Positions 46,712 through 57,269 of a stretch of DNA of 64,000 bases are shown here, piece by piece. The notes under the pieces are model-generated. The model ran no database searches, was not told the origin of the DNA, and worked only from the letters and a program-made list of their open reading frames with translations. The position numbers and the translations under genes were made by a program. Source of the DNA: Candidatus Micrarchaeota archaeon (lineage in GTDB: Archaea > Micrarchaeota > Micrarchaeia > Anstonellales > Bilamarchaeaceae); NCBI GenBank assembly GCA_043821365.1, contig JBDRCX010000006.1, positions 544,001-608,000 on the forward strand, given 5' to 3'. Within the stretch, counting starts at the first letter, position 1; each line of letters begins with the position of its first letter.

Positions 46712-48607
46712 ATGGTTACTATGGATGAGCATAGAAAGAAAATTTCTTTTTTGAAAACTGAACTTATGCCTTTCCTGGCAAGTATGAAAAATGATAAGGA
46801 AAAACTTAACCTAATCATGTATGTTTTCTATCCTGATATTCTTAGGGAATATAAAAAAATAAAAGCAACAAAAATCTTTGATGCAGTTCCTGATGCACAG
46901 GGCCAACCACTGCTTGAATTGTATAATGATATCACCAAAAATGCCACAAGATATGGCAGCGGCATCAAGACTCTCACTGCATTAAATCAAAAGTTGACTG
47001 AACTTCTTGGGGCAAAATATACTGGAATAAAAAATCCAGAGTCATTTTCAAAACTTGGAGCTTCTTTTAATTTATTGAGGTCAAAATTCGGAAAAGATAT
47101 TGAACCAGCAAAAGCTGAATTAGCCAAGATGATTATGGATGCTCTTGGATTGGATGAGGCCACTGCAACGCAGATTGTTAGTGATCAAAATGCTTCACAG
47201 TCGCTTACTGGTGCGTCTCAAGACTTTACAAGAGCAAAAAGTATGGGGGTTGACACAATTTCAAAATTTTCCAGTATGGTTGCCGAAGTTTTCAAGCAAG
47301 AAACTGCTAAAGGAAATTTTGACTTTGCTTATAATTATCTAACAACTCTATTTAATGACGCAAAAGCAGAACGAAGACCTGGAGATGTTACAGAATATGT
47401 TCCTGAGTTTGTCAATTCATACGTTGAACTCTATTCATCAATGTTTGAACCATTCGAAGTTCCTGAATACTCAACAATAGAACAGGCACAGAAAGTTCTG
47501 CAAGATTCGATGTCAAAAAATTACTACGGAAATACCATAACAGTGCTTCTTGATCTTTTGAATGCGGGAGCAACTGGACTTGATACGCAAACAAATCAGC
47601 TTGTTGCATTTATGAAGGAGAAATTTGGTTCAGAGCAAGCAAAGGCTACTTTTACAATGCTTGAAAAACACCAGATGGATGACAGTATGGATATTATCGC
47701 AGAGAATGCAAATGCAAGCAAGTATTCATTTTTTGATCTTGACAAGTTTTCTGCACAGTATGGCTCTGATCTTAAGGAGACACAACCAAGCCTTGGACTC
47801 TTCACATTGTCAACCCCGAGAACTTTATATAAGGCAATGGAGGTGGCAAATGAAAACGTACCCAAAACTTTCCAGACTACTGGAGTTTCGACATTCTACA
47901 ATGTTGCAGTAAAGTTTGCATTAATGCAGATGCCATTATGGCAGCTTCAAACAGTGAAAAAGCTTGAATCATTATTGCAATCAACATTGAATAGTGAACT
48001 TTTGGCAGACAAAAGCGATGATGAATGTAAAAAATATTATTCTGAGAACTACCTGAGATCAAGAGGAGCATTAGACAGAATAACAAAATCATTGAAATCA
48101 GCAAAGGAATTGAACATTCTTTCAAAAGAAATTCTTGATTCCATGCTTAGTTTTGTTGAAACACGTGCACCTCCATTATTAAAAGCAGGGGAGGCAGCTT
48201 ATTTAGAAAAACTCGACACAATACAACCACCAAAAGATGGTTACACCCAGCCAGATTTGACACAAGTAAAGCAAGATCTTCTTGCATCACAACAAAAACT
48301 TGATGGTAAAGGAGAGAAAACTCTTGGTATAATAGTTAGTTCTCCTGATTGGGAGCTTATTGAAGAGAAAAAATGGAAGATGCAAGGAGATACCCTTGTT
48401 GAGTATATAAACCGTTATCGCTGGACAAAAGGTTATATCATAGTGGAAAGAGGTGATTCATTTTACTGGGCATATCCAGTTGGTTTCACATCTTTACCAT
48501 ATCAAAATAGCTGGGGGAAACCTTATGTCAGTGGTACACTTATGACTGATATAATCTTCCTTTCAAAAAAGAATACAGAAGCTGCCGGGCTTTTAATGGT
48601 TAAATAA
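46712..48607 (+). CDS. Hypothetical protein (~630 aa)
   Basis: Long ORF, mostly helical composition; no family recognised. Confidence 0.75.
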   Translation: MVTMDEHRKKISFLKTELMPFLASMKNDKEKLNLIMYVFYPDILREYKKIKATKIFDAVPDAQGQPLLELYNDITKNATRYGSGIKTLTALNQKLTELLGAKYTGIKNPESFSKLGASFNLLRSKFGKDIEPAKAELAKMIMDALGLDEATATQIVSDQNASQSLTGASQDFTRAKSMGVDTISKFSSMVAEVFKQETAKGNFDFAYNYLTTLFNDAKAERRPGDVTEYVPEFVNSYVELYSSMFEPFEVPEYSTIEQAQKVLQDSMSKNYYGNTITVLLDLLNAGATGLDTQTNQLVAFMKEKFGSEQAKATFTMLEKHQMDDSMDIIAENANASKYSFFDLDKFSAQYGSDLKETQPSLGLFTLSTPRTLYKAMEVANENVPKTFQTTGVSTFYNVAVKFALMQMPLWQLQTVKKLESLLQSTLNSELLADKSDDECKKYYSENYLRSRGALDRITKSLKSAKELNILSKEILDSMLSFVETRAPPLLKAGEAAYLEKLDTIQPPKDGYTQPDLTQVKQDLLASQQKLDGKGEKTLGIIVSSPDWELIEEKKWKMQGDTLVEYINRYRWTKGYIIVERGDSFYWAYPVGFTSLPYQNSWGKPYVSGTLMTDIIFLSKKNTEAAGLLMVK

Positions 48608-48611
48608 TTTT

Positions 48612-49166
48612 TTATCCTATTTTCTTTATTTTCTCAAGAAGTAGTTCGAATTTTGTATATCCTGCTTTAACATTAAAATGTCCTGCATTTGGTAATACAA
48701 TCAGGTCTGCATCTAAGTTTTTGGCCAATTCAATTCCATTTCCAACTCCTACCATAGAATCATCTTCAGAATGGAAAATAGTTATTCTTCCACCATTATC
48801 TCTGATCTTTTTCCAATCAAATGGTTTTCCTATAAATGGCTGGTCTCCTTCCCAGTTTTTTATTGGTCTAACTCCTATTGGTGTAGCTACAAGAAAGGTT
48901 GCATTTATTTTTCTGTCAAAAGTTTCAAGAACCCTCAATGCAAAAGCTCCACCCAAACTATGTGCCACTAAAATCGTGTTCTTGTTGAAATCTTTTTTAT
49001 ATCTGTCAAAAATTTCAAACCAAGTTTCTGGAGTTTGATTTTCAGGGGTTGGAAACTGTGGTATTATGACTTTGTAACTCATTTTCTCTAGCTCTGTTTT
49101 CAACCAAGGAAACCAATTTTCTTGTGGGTGACCTCCAGTGCCATGAATGATAAATACTGTTTTCAT
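48612..49166 (-). CDS. RBBP9/YdeN-family alpha/beta hydrolase
   Basis: IIHGTGGHPQENWFPWLK, AHSLG nucleophile motif, HSEDD, NAGHFN. Confidence 0.9.
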   Translation of the reverse strand: MKTVFIIHGTGGHPQENWFPWLKTELEKMSYKVIIPQFPTPENQTPETWFEIFDRYKKDFNKNTILVAHSLGGAFALRVLETFDRKINATFLVATPIGVRPIKNWEGDQPFIGKPFDWKKIRDNGGRITIFHSEDDSMVGVGNGIELAKNLDADLIVLPNAGHFNVKAGYTKFELLLEKIKKIG

Positions 49167-49277
49167 CCTCTATTCCTCCTTCAGCTTCCGGAGCATTAGT
49201 CTATTCTGAGACGAACGGACCAGAAGATTTTGTAAGTTTGTGACGTTTTAGTTTCTAATGAGTTCTGTTAGAATACA

Positions 49278-50570
49278 TTATGGCATTAGCCTCATTCTAT
49301 CTCTCGGGAACATTGTGCACTCACGAATATTTTCCTGTTGGCAAATTTTCATCACCAATCTATCAAGTCCAATACTCCATCCTGCATGTGGTGGTGCACC
49401 CATTCTGAATGCATTTATGTAAAATTCAAAATCAGCTGGATTCAATCCTCTTTTTTTGAGTTGGTTCTCAAGAACTTCAGGAATATGAATACGTTTTGCT
49501 CCACTTGAGATCTCCAAACCTCTGTACATAAGATCAAATGCATGGCAGATTTTATGGTCTCTCTCATCAGGCATGGAATAAAATGCCCTAACTTCAGTTG
49601 GCCAATCATAAATAAAGTAAAGTTCATGGTCAAGTATTTCATGCAATTTTCTCTCTGCTTCTTTTGTGAAATCCCATCCATGCTTCATTTCAAAGCCGTC
49701 TGCATTTAATTTGTCAACAAGTTCACTATATTTGTATCTTGGAACTTTTTCGGGGATCACTATTTCTCCCCATAATTTTGCTATCTCTTCTCCAACTTCT
49801 TTCTTCACAGTTTGAAGTATGTGTGTCATTGTTTTTTCCAAAACATCCATTGCTTCATTATGGTCTACAAATCCCATTTCAATATCCATCTGAGTTATCT
49901 CATTAAGATGGCTTGTGGTATTATGTTTTTCTGCTCTGAAAACTGGAACAGTCATCATCACTCTATCAAAACCACCAATAACAGCAAGTTGTTTGTGAAG
50001 TTGTGGTGATTGGACTAAATAAGCTTTATTTTCAAAATATTGAAGTGGAAAAACATCTGCGCCTCCTTCTGTTGCAGCTCCAGTTATTGCTGATGGGTGT
50101 ATTTCTAAGAATCCAAGTTCCTGAAGTTTTTCCCTGAAAGCTCTCACTGCAATTGCTCTTGTTTTGAATATCAAAGTGGATTCTTTTCTGCGTAAGTCTA
50201 AATATCTAAAATCAAGTCTGGTATCTATCTCTGAAGGTACCACTCCAGTTGGATCAACAGGGAGTTTCCTATCAACTTTATTTAAATGCTCAAAAGCAGT
50301 TGGCACGAGTTCTACTCCATCTGGAGCTGTTTTATTCTCTTTAATCTGGCCTTCAAATGCAACAACATCTTCCTTGTTTAATTTGACAGCCTCAAGTATC
50401 TCTTCACTTACAAGTCCTTTCTTCAATATTACCTGAACCATGCCAGTTATATCTCTAACAAGTACAAATTTCAACTTTCCAAGATCTCTGAAATCATGTA
50501 CCCAACCTGCTATCTTTACAGTATTTCCTTGCATTTTTTTTGCATCATTTATGTAATGAGTCCTATACAT
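49278..50570 (-). CDS. aspS: Aspartate--tRNA ligase, archaeal, probably non-discriminating (Asp/Asn)
   Basis: AGWVHDFRDLG, QSPQLHKQ, FRAEKH, PPHAGWSIGLDR. His in WVH and Pro in KTAP match the known non-discriminating determinants. Confidence 0.95.
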   Translation of the reverse strand: MYRTHYINDAKKMQGNTVKIAGWVHDFRDLGKLKFVLVRDITGMVQVILKKGLVSEEILEAVKLNKEDVVAFEGQIKENKTAPDGVELVPTAFEHLNKVDRKLPVDPTGVVPSEIDTRLDFRYLDLRRKESTLIFKTRAIAVRAFREKLQELGFLEIHPSAITGAATEGGADVFPLQYFENKAYLVQSPQLHKQLAVIGGFDRVMMTVPVFRAEKHNTTSHLNEITQMDIEMGFVDHNEAMDVLEKTMTHILQTVKKEVGEEIAKLWGEIVIPEKVPRYKYSELVDKLNADGFEMKHGWDFTKEAERKLHEILDHELYFIYDWPTEVRAFYSMPDERDHKICHAFDLMYRGLEISSGAKRIHIPEVLENQLKKRGLNPADFEFYINAFRMGAPPHAGWSIGLDRLVMKICQQENIRECTMFPRDRMRLMP

Positions 50571-50646
50571 TTTTTCACTTCCGTAAAATGAGTACTAAAA
50601 TGTAATACCAATAGCTATTAAAAAACCCATATAGGATATTAATATT

Positions 50647-51960
50647 ATGGAGGTTCTGCTGCTACCACTACTGATGACCCTACCTCCTGCTGCAGGTACA
50701 TTAATAGGGATAGCCATCTTTTTCACAATTTTAGTAACATCCTCACTATTTTTGATTGGTTATGGGATAAATCACCCACCAATGATAGCAATTGCCAAAG
50801 AAGAATTAGCAGCCTTAATTTTTACGGTTATGATAATCTTTTTTTGGTTGAGCTTTGATTCCATACTCAACACCATTGTTTCTGGTCTTATAGTGTCAAC
50901 GTTGCCGCCTCAGGCTTATGTAAGTCCTGATTCATGCCTAAATCCAGCAAATGCAAATACAAACCCAAGTTGTGTTATAAATGGCCTTACCACGAGTCAT
51001 CTTTCACTGGCTGTCGCATCATTAACAATACTTGAACAAAAACTCAAAAACCAATATCTTGATCTTTATCTTTTTGAGGCTCTAATTGGTTTTCTATCAA
51101 CAATTAGTTTCCCGGTTGGGTCTCCAATTCCTGCAGTTAATATCATCTCATTATCAATTGCTCCATTCGCTGGTTTGGGTATGCTTAGTACTGCACATAC
51201 TGTTATTGTCGAATCTATAGGTTATTTACTAACTGTGGTGTGGGCCAAACAATTCATACTTGTTTTTTCCAGAGATATTGTGCCATTATTGTTATTACCG
51301 CTGGGTCTTATGATCCGTGCATTTCCATTCTTTAGAAAAACAGGTTCTAGTGTTATTGCAGTTGCATTTGCGCTTTATTTTGCTCTTCCATTTGCAATTC
51401 TTTTATCTAATTTCTTAATTTTTGATATTTTCCAACCTGCTGATTTTACCTATAATCCATCAAGTGCTACTGCAATGCATACAACAAAATCAAATGCTGA
51501 GGTTACGGGCGAGGTGAATGAAGCCCATGGTGGAAGTGCAACTGAAGAGTTATTCGAACAATTTCGTGCACCAAGTATAATTGATGATTCACAAACAGGC
51601 ACAGAACCATGTGCTGGTAATATAATTTACAGAATGTTTTGCAGTATTTCAAATTTAGTTACTGGAGCGTTCAAAATTGTTGGTGGTTTCTTATCAACAG
51701 TATGGACAATCTGGCGATTCATGGTTGGTATGGCTGGAGACTTTTTCTTTACTGGATTCAACAATCCGTTACTACCTGCAAGTGCATCTGCAGGATTATT
51801 CCATTTCTTGATACTTGAAGTTACAACCATAAGTCCATTTTTGATATTAATAATGCTTACATCTGTACTCGAGATAATAATTACAATAACTGCATTCAGG
51901 AGCATCTCTTTAATGATCGGCGGAGAAGCTGAAATCATAGGTCTAACAAAGGTTGTTTGA
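50647..51960 (+). CDS. Multi-pass membrane protein, CedA/VirB6-like paralog 1
   Basis: AKEELAALIFT; PLGLMIRAFPFFRKTGSSVIAVAFALYFALP; C-terminus GGEAEIIGLTKVV. Confidence 0.75.
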   Translation: MEVLLLPLLMTLPPAAGTLIGIAIFFTILVTSSLFLIGYGINHPPMIAIAKEELAALIFTVMIIFFWLSFDSILNTIVSGLIVSTLPPQAYVSPDSCLNPANANTNPSCVINGLTTSHLSLAVASLTILEQKLKNQYLDLYLFEALIGFLSTISFPVGSPIPAVNIISLSIAPFAGLGMLSTAHTVIVESIGYLLTVVWAKQFILVFSRDIVPLLLLPLGLMIRAFPFFRKTGSSVIAVAFALYFALPFAILLSNFLIFDIFQPADFTYNPSSATAMHTTKSNAEVTGEVNEAHGGSATEELFEQFRAPSIIDDSQTGTEPCAGNIIYRMFCSISNLVTGAFKIVGGFLSTVWTIWRFMVGMAGDFFFTGFNNPLLPASASAGLFHFLILEVTTISPFLILIMLTSVLEIIITITAFRSISLMIGGEAEIIGLTKVV

Positions 51961-53518
51961 GATGAAACAAGTAGTTCTATTTTTATTTTTAATTTGTTTT
52001 GCAATGGCATCCTCACCGTTCTTTAATCAAGCCCCAGTTGATCCAGCAGTTGAAGTTGTCAATCAAGTTGACCTAATGCTTGGACTAATTGCACCATTTA
52101 TGCTGATGATGATTGTTTTGGCTGCAGCAGCATATGTTGTTGGACAAATTTTTGGTAGTGAAACAAGAGCAAAAGCATCAGTATGGGCACAAAGTATGCT
52201 TGTTGCTGTTGGTATCTGTGCATTGATAATATTCCTAATATATGCAGTTCTTCCTGGTTTTCTTTCTGGTCAACCATTATCATTTGATCTTGCACTAAAA
52301 GTTGCTGAAATAAGAAATCTTGCAGAAACTGGTTTTGGTCTTTTGATATTATTAATGATTGTTTTGGCTGCAGCAGCATATGTTGTTGGACAAATTTTTG
52401 GTAGTGAAACAAGAGCAAAAGCATCAGTATGGGCAAATAATCTTCTTGCTGCTTCTATTTTTGCGTCTGCACTCTATCTTGTTATTTTCAATCTAATAAT
52501 CCCATTTCAAAGCACTCTTTTCACCCAACCACTTGTGGGTGGTATAACCCTTGGGCTCTATGGGACACTCATCATCGACGTTTCTATTCTGGTATCTGTG
52601 ATTATCTTAGTGACTTATTTAATTTCACGATTCTTCAAAATATCCGAATGGGAAGCCTATCTTAATATTGAGTTATCTAATCTTATGAGTTCATTTGTAA
52701 TTTTCCTTTTTATTGTTGGTATGTTTGCAACTACGGAATTAATTGCATCATCTTTTTATGATTCTAGTCTTTATTCAAATGCTCCACAGGCTGCAGTACA
52801 CTTTATGAGTTCAACTGTTTCAGACAGTGCACTAAAAGCAACCCTAGACATTTACAAAATTCAAGCATGCTCTTCCATGCTATCAACATTTAGTAAAAGA
52901 ACTGGCGAATTTGTTCTTACCCAAACATTCAAAGTATTTCCAGGTGTTGATACTTTCGTATCAATTGCAAATGTTCTAACCTACACACTGATATCATTTT
53001 ACAGTGCGGTTTCAGTTCAAATTGCAGTTCTTCATGTTGTCGAAGCCCTTATGGTGCCATTCTTTTTGCCTGCAGGTCTATTGTTAAGGTTCTTTCCTCC
53101 AACACGTGATGCTGGTGCATTTTTGATTTCACTTGCATTTGGTTTCCAACTTATCTACCCAACACTTTATCTTATAAATGCAGAAATCTTTTCTACAGTT
53201 GGCGGCGAAGTTTATGATACTCCACAATTACTTATCCAGTCAATTTGTGGCCCATTCAAATATGGCGCAGCAGGATTTTTGTTTAATCCAGCTGCAAATC
53301 CTTTATTTAGAATTCCAGGTCTTAGTAGTCTAGGTACATTGCTTGGGAAAATTGTATCTGAAGGTCTTTTGAATGCAATTTCTATGGCAGAGTTCATACC
53401 AGTACTAAAAAGCATTGCAGCACTTTCATTGTTGGTGCTTTTTATGCCTGCACTGGCTTTAATGGTTACTATCTCATTCATAAATGTCATGACTAAATTT
53501 ATTGTTAACAAGGGGTAA
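51953..53518 (+). CDS. CedA/VirB6-like paralog 2 with two N-terminal pilin-like repeats
   Basis: IVLAAAAYVVGQIFGSETRAKASVWA twice; PAGLLLRFFPPTRDAGAFLISLAFGFQLIYP. Confidence 0.75.
   Translation: MFEMKQVVLFLFLICFAMASSPFFNQAPVDPAVEVVNQVDLMLGLIAPFMLMMIVLAAAAYVVGQIFGSETRAKASVWAQSMLVAVGICALIIFLIYAVLPGFLSGQPLSFDLALKVAEIRNLAETGFGLLILLMIVLAAAAYVVGQIFGSETRAKASVWANNLLAASIFASALYLVIFNLIIPFQSTLFTQPLVGGITLGLYGTLIIDVSILVSVIILVTYLISRFFKISEWEAYLNIELSNLMSSFVIFLFIVGMFATTELIASSFYDSSLYSNAPQAAVHFMSSTVSDSALKATLDIYKIQACSSMLSTFSKRTGEFVLTQTFKVFPGVDTFVSIANVLTYTLISFYSAVSVQIAVLHVVEALMVPFFLPAGLLLRFFPPTRDAGAFLISLAFGFQLIYPTLYLINAEIFSTVGGEVYDTPQLLIQSICGPFKYGAAGFLFNPAANPLFRIPGLSSLGTLLGKIVSEGLLNAISMAEFIPVLKSIAALSLLVLFMPALALMVTISFINVMTKFIVNKG
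52109..52435. repeat. 81-bp perfect direct repeat (52109-52189 and 52355-52435)
   Basis: atgattgttttggctgcagcagc...gcatcagtatgggca is identical in both copies; period 246 bp. Confidence 0.92.
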
Positions 53519-53519
53519 A

Positions 53520-54941
53520 ATGGCTTTAATAGAAAGTTTTTGGGGTGATTGGGTTTGGTTTGCGGGTGGTGCACTCACACTGACAACCATACTTGTTGCC
53601 ATAGTCTACATGCTATCAGAACTTTTCTCAAGCGATAAGATGAAAAGCTGGGCAAAAATGGAACTTGCAGAAATTTTCTATTCAGCTGTGATAATTTCAA
53701 TTGGTATCACTGGGCTACCTCTAATTGATGCAGTTGTTCAAGGATCTTTAGGGGTTTCTAATACTGGTGGTGCTATAGGTACTCCAGGATGTGCTGGATC
53801 TGCAACTAGTTTTTGGATTCCAACAACCGACTATGGTACTTTCACCACCACTAAGGAATACCAGTGCAAGGATATTTGCGGTTCTGATATAGCATCTCAT
53901 CCAAATTCAGTTTATCATGGTGTTGAATCCTGCCACATACGGCTTGGTATATGGTATATGCGGGAAATATTTGATGAGGCAAAGAATTTTGCGTTTAGTA
54001 TCTACATTGATTATATCAAAACTTCAATGATAGCAGAATTTACAATAAACATTGAATTTATATTTGAAAAAGCAGGTTTCTTTACTTTCACTCCGTGGAG
54101 AGGATTTTATACAATGGGAAATAAAGTAAAAGAACTTGCTTTTGACTGGGCAATGAAACTTCTCATGATAACAAAATTCCAAGAAGTTATGATACGTTTT
54201 ATTGCAATTGCATTATTCCCTGCATTTTTTGTTATAGGTGCTTTACTAAGAGTTTTTCCATTTACAAGAAAACTTGGCGGTCTTATGCTTGCAATAGCGA
54301 TAGCACTTTACTTTATATTTCCTGCATTTTATGCATTTGGTGCATTAATTATGCTTGATATTAAGAATGATCCTAATGTGATTGCTGCTTGGCAGCTAAG
54401 TCCTGCAAATCCTGCGGCTCTAAGTTCTAATCCTTCTGACAGTCCAAATGATTATCCTGATCCTCCGATTGCAAATAGCATGTATATAAACCAAAATATG
54501 TCGATGCTTGGGCAAGGTGGCAATTACAATAGTGGTGATATTTACGATGCACTTAGGGATATGGAAGGTATGAGTTCATCTGACTATTTTGATGCTATGG
54601 AAAAAGGCCAATTAATTGGTGGTGATACAACTGCTCCTGGTCTTGACCTGTCAAGCAAAGCTTATCAAGGAAAAACAGATCAAGAAAAAGAAGATGCTGT
54701 AAAAGCTGCAAGCGAGCATGCTGACAGTTGGTTCAATTCACTTTCAGAAGAAAACAAAGCAGATAATTTCATCGGGTTTGCATTTGAGCCAAATGGTCCT
54801 TTGGATACTTTGGCAAGGCTTACTTTCTGGTCAGTTTTCTTTGCATTGTTTAGTATTCTTGGAACTATAGCAGGAATACGTTCACTGTCAATAACTTTCG
54901 GCGGAGATATCGAGATAGCCGGGCTTACGAGGCTGATTTAG
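53520..54941 (+). CDS. CedA/VirB6-like paralog 3
   Basis: AKMELAEIFYS; GALLRVFPFTRKLGGLMLAIAIALYFIFP; C-terminus GGDIEIAGLTRLI. Confidence 0.75.
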   Translation: MALIESFWGDWVWFAGGALTLTTILVAIVYMLSELFSSDKMKSWAKMELAEIFYSAVIISIGITGLPLIDAVVQGSLGVSNTGGAIGTPGCAGSATSFWIPTTDYGTFTTTKEYQCKDICGSDIASHPNSVYHGVESCHIRLGIWYMREIFDEAKNFAFSIYIDYIKTSMIAEFTINIEFIFEKAGFFTFTPWRGFYTMGNKVKELAFDWAMKLLMITKFQEVMIRFIAIALFPAFFVIGALLRVFPFTRKLGGLMLAIAIALYFIFPAFYAFGALIMLDIKNDPNVIAAWQLSPANPAALSSNPSDSPNDYPDPPIANSMYINQNMSMLGQGGNYNSGDIYDALRDMEGMSSSDYFDAMEKGQLIGGDTTAPGLDLSSKAYQGKTDQEKEDAVKAASEHADSWFNSLSEENKADNFIGFAFEPNGPLDTLARLTFWSVFFALFSILGTIAGIRSLSITFGGDIEIAGLTRLI

Positions 54942-54942
54942 A

Positions 54943-56151
54943 ATGAGGAAATTATTATTTCTATTATTTTTAATCCCATTCCTATTTGCAGCTGATCCAA
55001 ATTCATTAAGCACTTATTTTGATGAAGTATCTGGTAATGTTAGCAGTGAGATGGATGCATTTGTTGATGCAGCTAGCGCAGCTGGTAGTACATTCCCAGG
55101 AATACTTGATGCATTCAAACCAGCTGATTGTAGTGAAGACTGGATAAATAATCTTCTTGGCGTTCCAACAATCATATCTCTTTGGCTTGTCCCCTCGATA
55201 ATAATTGGTATGATTGTACTTTTCGGTATAACTGGCCTTTATATGGTTGGACAGGTTATGAACATGCCAAATCTTACTGCAATAGCAAAAGACGAGGCAT
55301 TCCAAACTGCACTTACTTTCTTGCGTGTTGCATTCATTGCAGGAGTACTGATAGCAGGTGATACTTTTTATGCAATAAATGCATCTGGGAGTTCAGATCG
55401 TATTTACGGCAATCCAGCAAATACACAAACAATTGATGCAGCAATGTCTTTTTCCAGGCTTATGGTTGCTGATATGGTTAATCACTACAGCATGCTTCTG
55501 ATGTACAATATGGTTGTCCATACTGTTTATTCATCAACAATGTGGTTTGGTATGACCTGGCGTGCCATGTATTCATTCAACTTAGGGCCAGTACTTAAAC
55601 CAATAATTGATATTATAGGTACAACTTTGCAATATCTTTCACTTGGGGTAAGTGAATGGCTTTTGCATATTATCACTCTTTGTTTTATTAAGAAATGGAT
55701 GTGGGGGCTTTTCATTCCATTTGGGATGTTATTGCGTGCTTTTCCACAAACACGGAATGGTGGCGAAGCAATTCTTGCGCTAGGTTTTTCATTGGTTATT
55801 TTCTATCCATATATGTTCCTTTTTGATTATGAAGTTCATAAAATAATGAAATTATCCGTTATTGATCCACAGCAATCTATGCATAATTTTCTGAACAGTA
55901 GCGGAATAATGGATGTGTTTGGGTCAGTGATAATAATAATGCTATTGATGTCTGGGGTATTCATACAATTTTTCCTTGGCACTGCCCTTACGCTTGCATT
56001 CGAACTGATTAAAGGTGCTATTTACTATATTGTGATAATGAGCGTATTCATGCCATTCCTTAACATATTCATAACACTGACCTCTGCAAAAGAGACTGCT
56101 GAATTCTTCAAGGCAGATGTAAATTTCCTCGCCTTTCTTCGGCTTATTTGA
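54943..56151 (+). CDS. CedA/VirB6-like paralog 4
   Basis: AKDEAFQTALT; PFGMLLRAFPQTRNGGEAILALGFSLVIFYP; C-terminus ADVNFLAFLRLI. Confidence 0.75.
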   Translation: MRKLLFLLFLIPFLFAADPNSLSTYFDEVSGNVSSEMDAFVDAASAAGSTFPGILDAFKPADCSEDWINNLLGVPTIISLWLVPSIIIGMIVLFGITGLYMVGQVMNMPNLTAIAKDEAFQTALTFLRVAFIAGVLIAGDTFYAINASGSSDRIYGNPANTQTIDAAMSFSRLMVADMVNHYSMLLMYNMVVHTVYSSTMWFGMTWRAMYSFNLGPVLKPIIDIIGTTLQYLSLGVSEWLLHIITLCFIKKWMWGLFIPFGMLLRAFPQTRNGGEAILALGFSLVIFYPYMFLFDYEVHKIMKLSVIDPQQSMHNFLNSSGIMDVFGSVIIIMLLMSGVFIQFFLGTALTLAFELIKGAIYYIVIMSVFMPFLNIFITLTSAKETAEFFKADVNFLAFLRLI

Positions 56152-56159
56152 GGTAAAAT

Positions 56160-57269
56160 ATGGCAATGCAAAATGCAACTGAAATAATATCTTCGGTTTC
56201 CGGTCTAACAATGGGCGGAGTTACTTTGTACCCTGGCATTTGGTCATGGGTTGCTTTGGCAGGATTAGCTTTACTAACGTCAGTTGTGATACTCTCTTTC
56301 ATGTACATTTGGGCAACCATGTTTAGAAATCCCCAGATGAATGCATATGTCAAACAAGAGTTGCTTGAATGTTTTATAACTGCATTAATGATACCAATGA
56401 TATTTGCTGTAATAGCTTCCATGGACAGTCTATACCTTGGTAGTTTTGTTCCAGATGAACTTCTACCAGCTGATGTTGATTCTACTACTAATATCTATGA
56501 AGCAGCACAAATGTATTATGAAGAAGTGGATCGTGATATGTCTGCTTGGCTTAATATCAATTACATAATGAATATCTATGTTGATCAGACGGCATCAGTT
56601 ACACCGTATGCAAGACCACTAGGCGTTGGTCTTGTTGCGTCACCATTAACTGGTATTGCTTCGCCGCTAAAACAACTTCTTTACAATATGACAACTGCTC
56701 TCTCACTTGCATTTGTTATTAATCATGCACAATTAGTTGTTTATCTATTTTCTCTCCAGGCATTCTTGAATTACTATCTTCCGCTTGGTATTTTCTTTCG
56801 ATCATTTACACCAACAAGAAGATTAGGGGGAACTCTTATAGCAGTTGCTCTTACCTTCCTTATTGTTTTTCCTTCACTTTCAACAATTACATATTCAATT
56901 TTTTATCATCGTGGTGGCGGTCCGCTTATGTCATTTGGTTCTTTACTTTCAGATTATTTTGGTGATTTTACCGGCGGATTCCAAGACTCTCTTTCAAATT
57001 TCTATTCAACTAATTTCAATAGTGGTAGTGGGGGGGTTATGGATTTAGTTTCTGGTGTTTTTGGTGGTCTTGGTGATTTGCTAAAAGCATTTATTGGAAA
57101 AGTATTTCTCATGTTGTTTATAATTCCAATGTCAATGATAAGTTTTGCATTTGTTGTTGGGTTTATCATACCTGCCATAAATATTATTATTTTTACAGCT
57201 GCTGCAAAAGCAATGAGCAAAGCATTTGGTGAAGAGGTAGACATAAGTTCCCTTACGAGGATGATATGA
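56160..57269 (+). CDS. CedA/VirB6-like paralog 5
   Basis: VKQELLECFIT; PLGIFFRSFTPTRRLGGTLIAVALTFLIVFP; C-terminus GEEVDISSLTRMI. Confidence 0.75.
   Translation: MAMQNATEIISSVSGLTMGGVTLYPGIWSWVALAGLALLTSVVILSFMYIWATMFRNPQMNAYVKQELLECFITALMIPMIFAVIASMDSLYLGSFVPDELLPADVDSTTNIYEAAQMYYEEVDRDMSAWLNINYIMNIYVDQTASVTPYARPLGVGLVASPLTGIASPLKQLLYNMTTALSLAFVINHAQLVVYLFSLQAFLNYYLPLGIFFRSFTPTRRLGGTLIAVALTFLIVFPSLSTITYSIFYHRGGGPLMSFGSLLSDYFGDFTGGFQDSLSNFYSTNFNSGSGGVMDLVSGVFGGLGDLLKAFIGKVFLMLFIIPMSMISFAFVVGFIIPAINIIIFTAAAKAMSKAFGEEVDISSLTRMI

Noticed and set aside
49167-49277. Possible degraded gene between aspS and the hydrolase (CILTELIRN*NVTNLQNLLVRSSQNRLMLRKLKEE*)
   Set aside because: It is too short, has no recognisable homology and no clear start.
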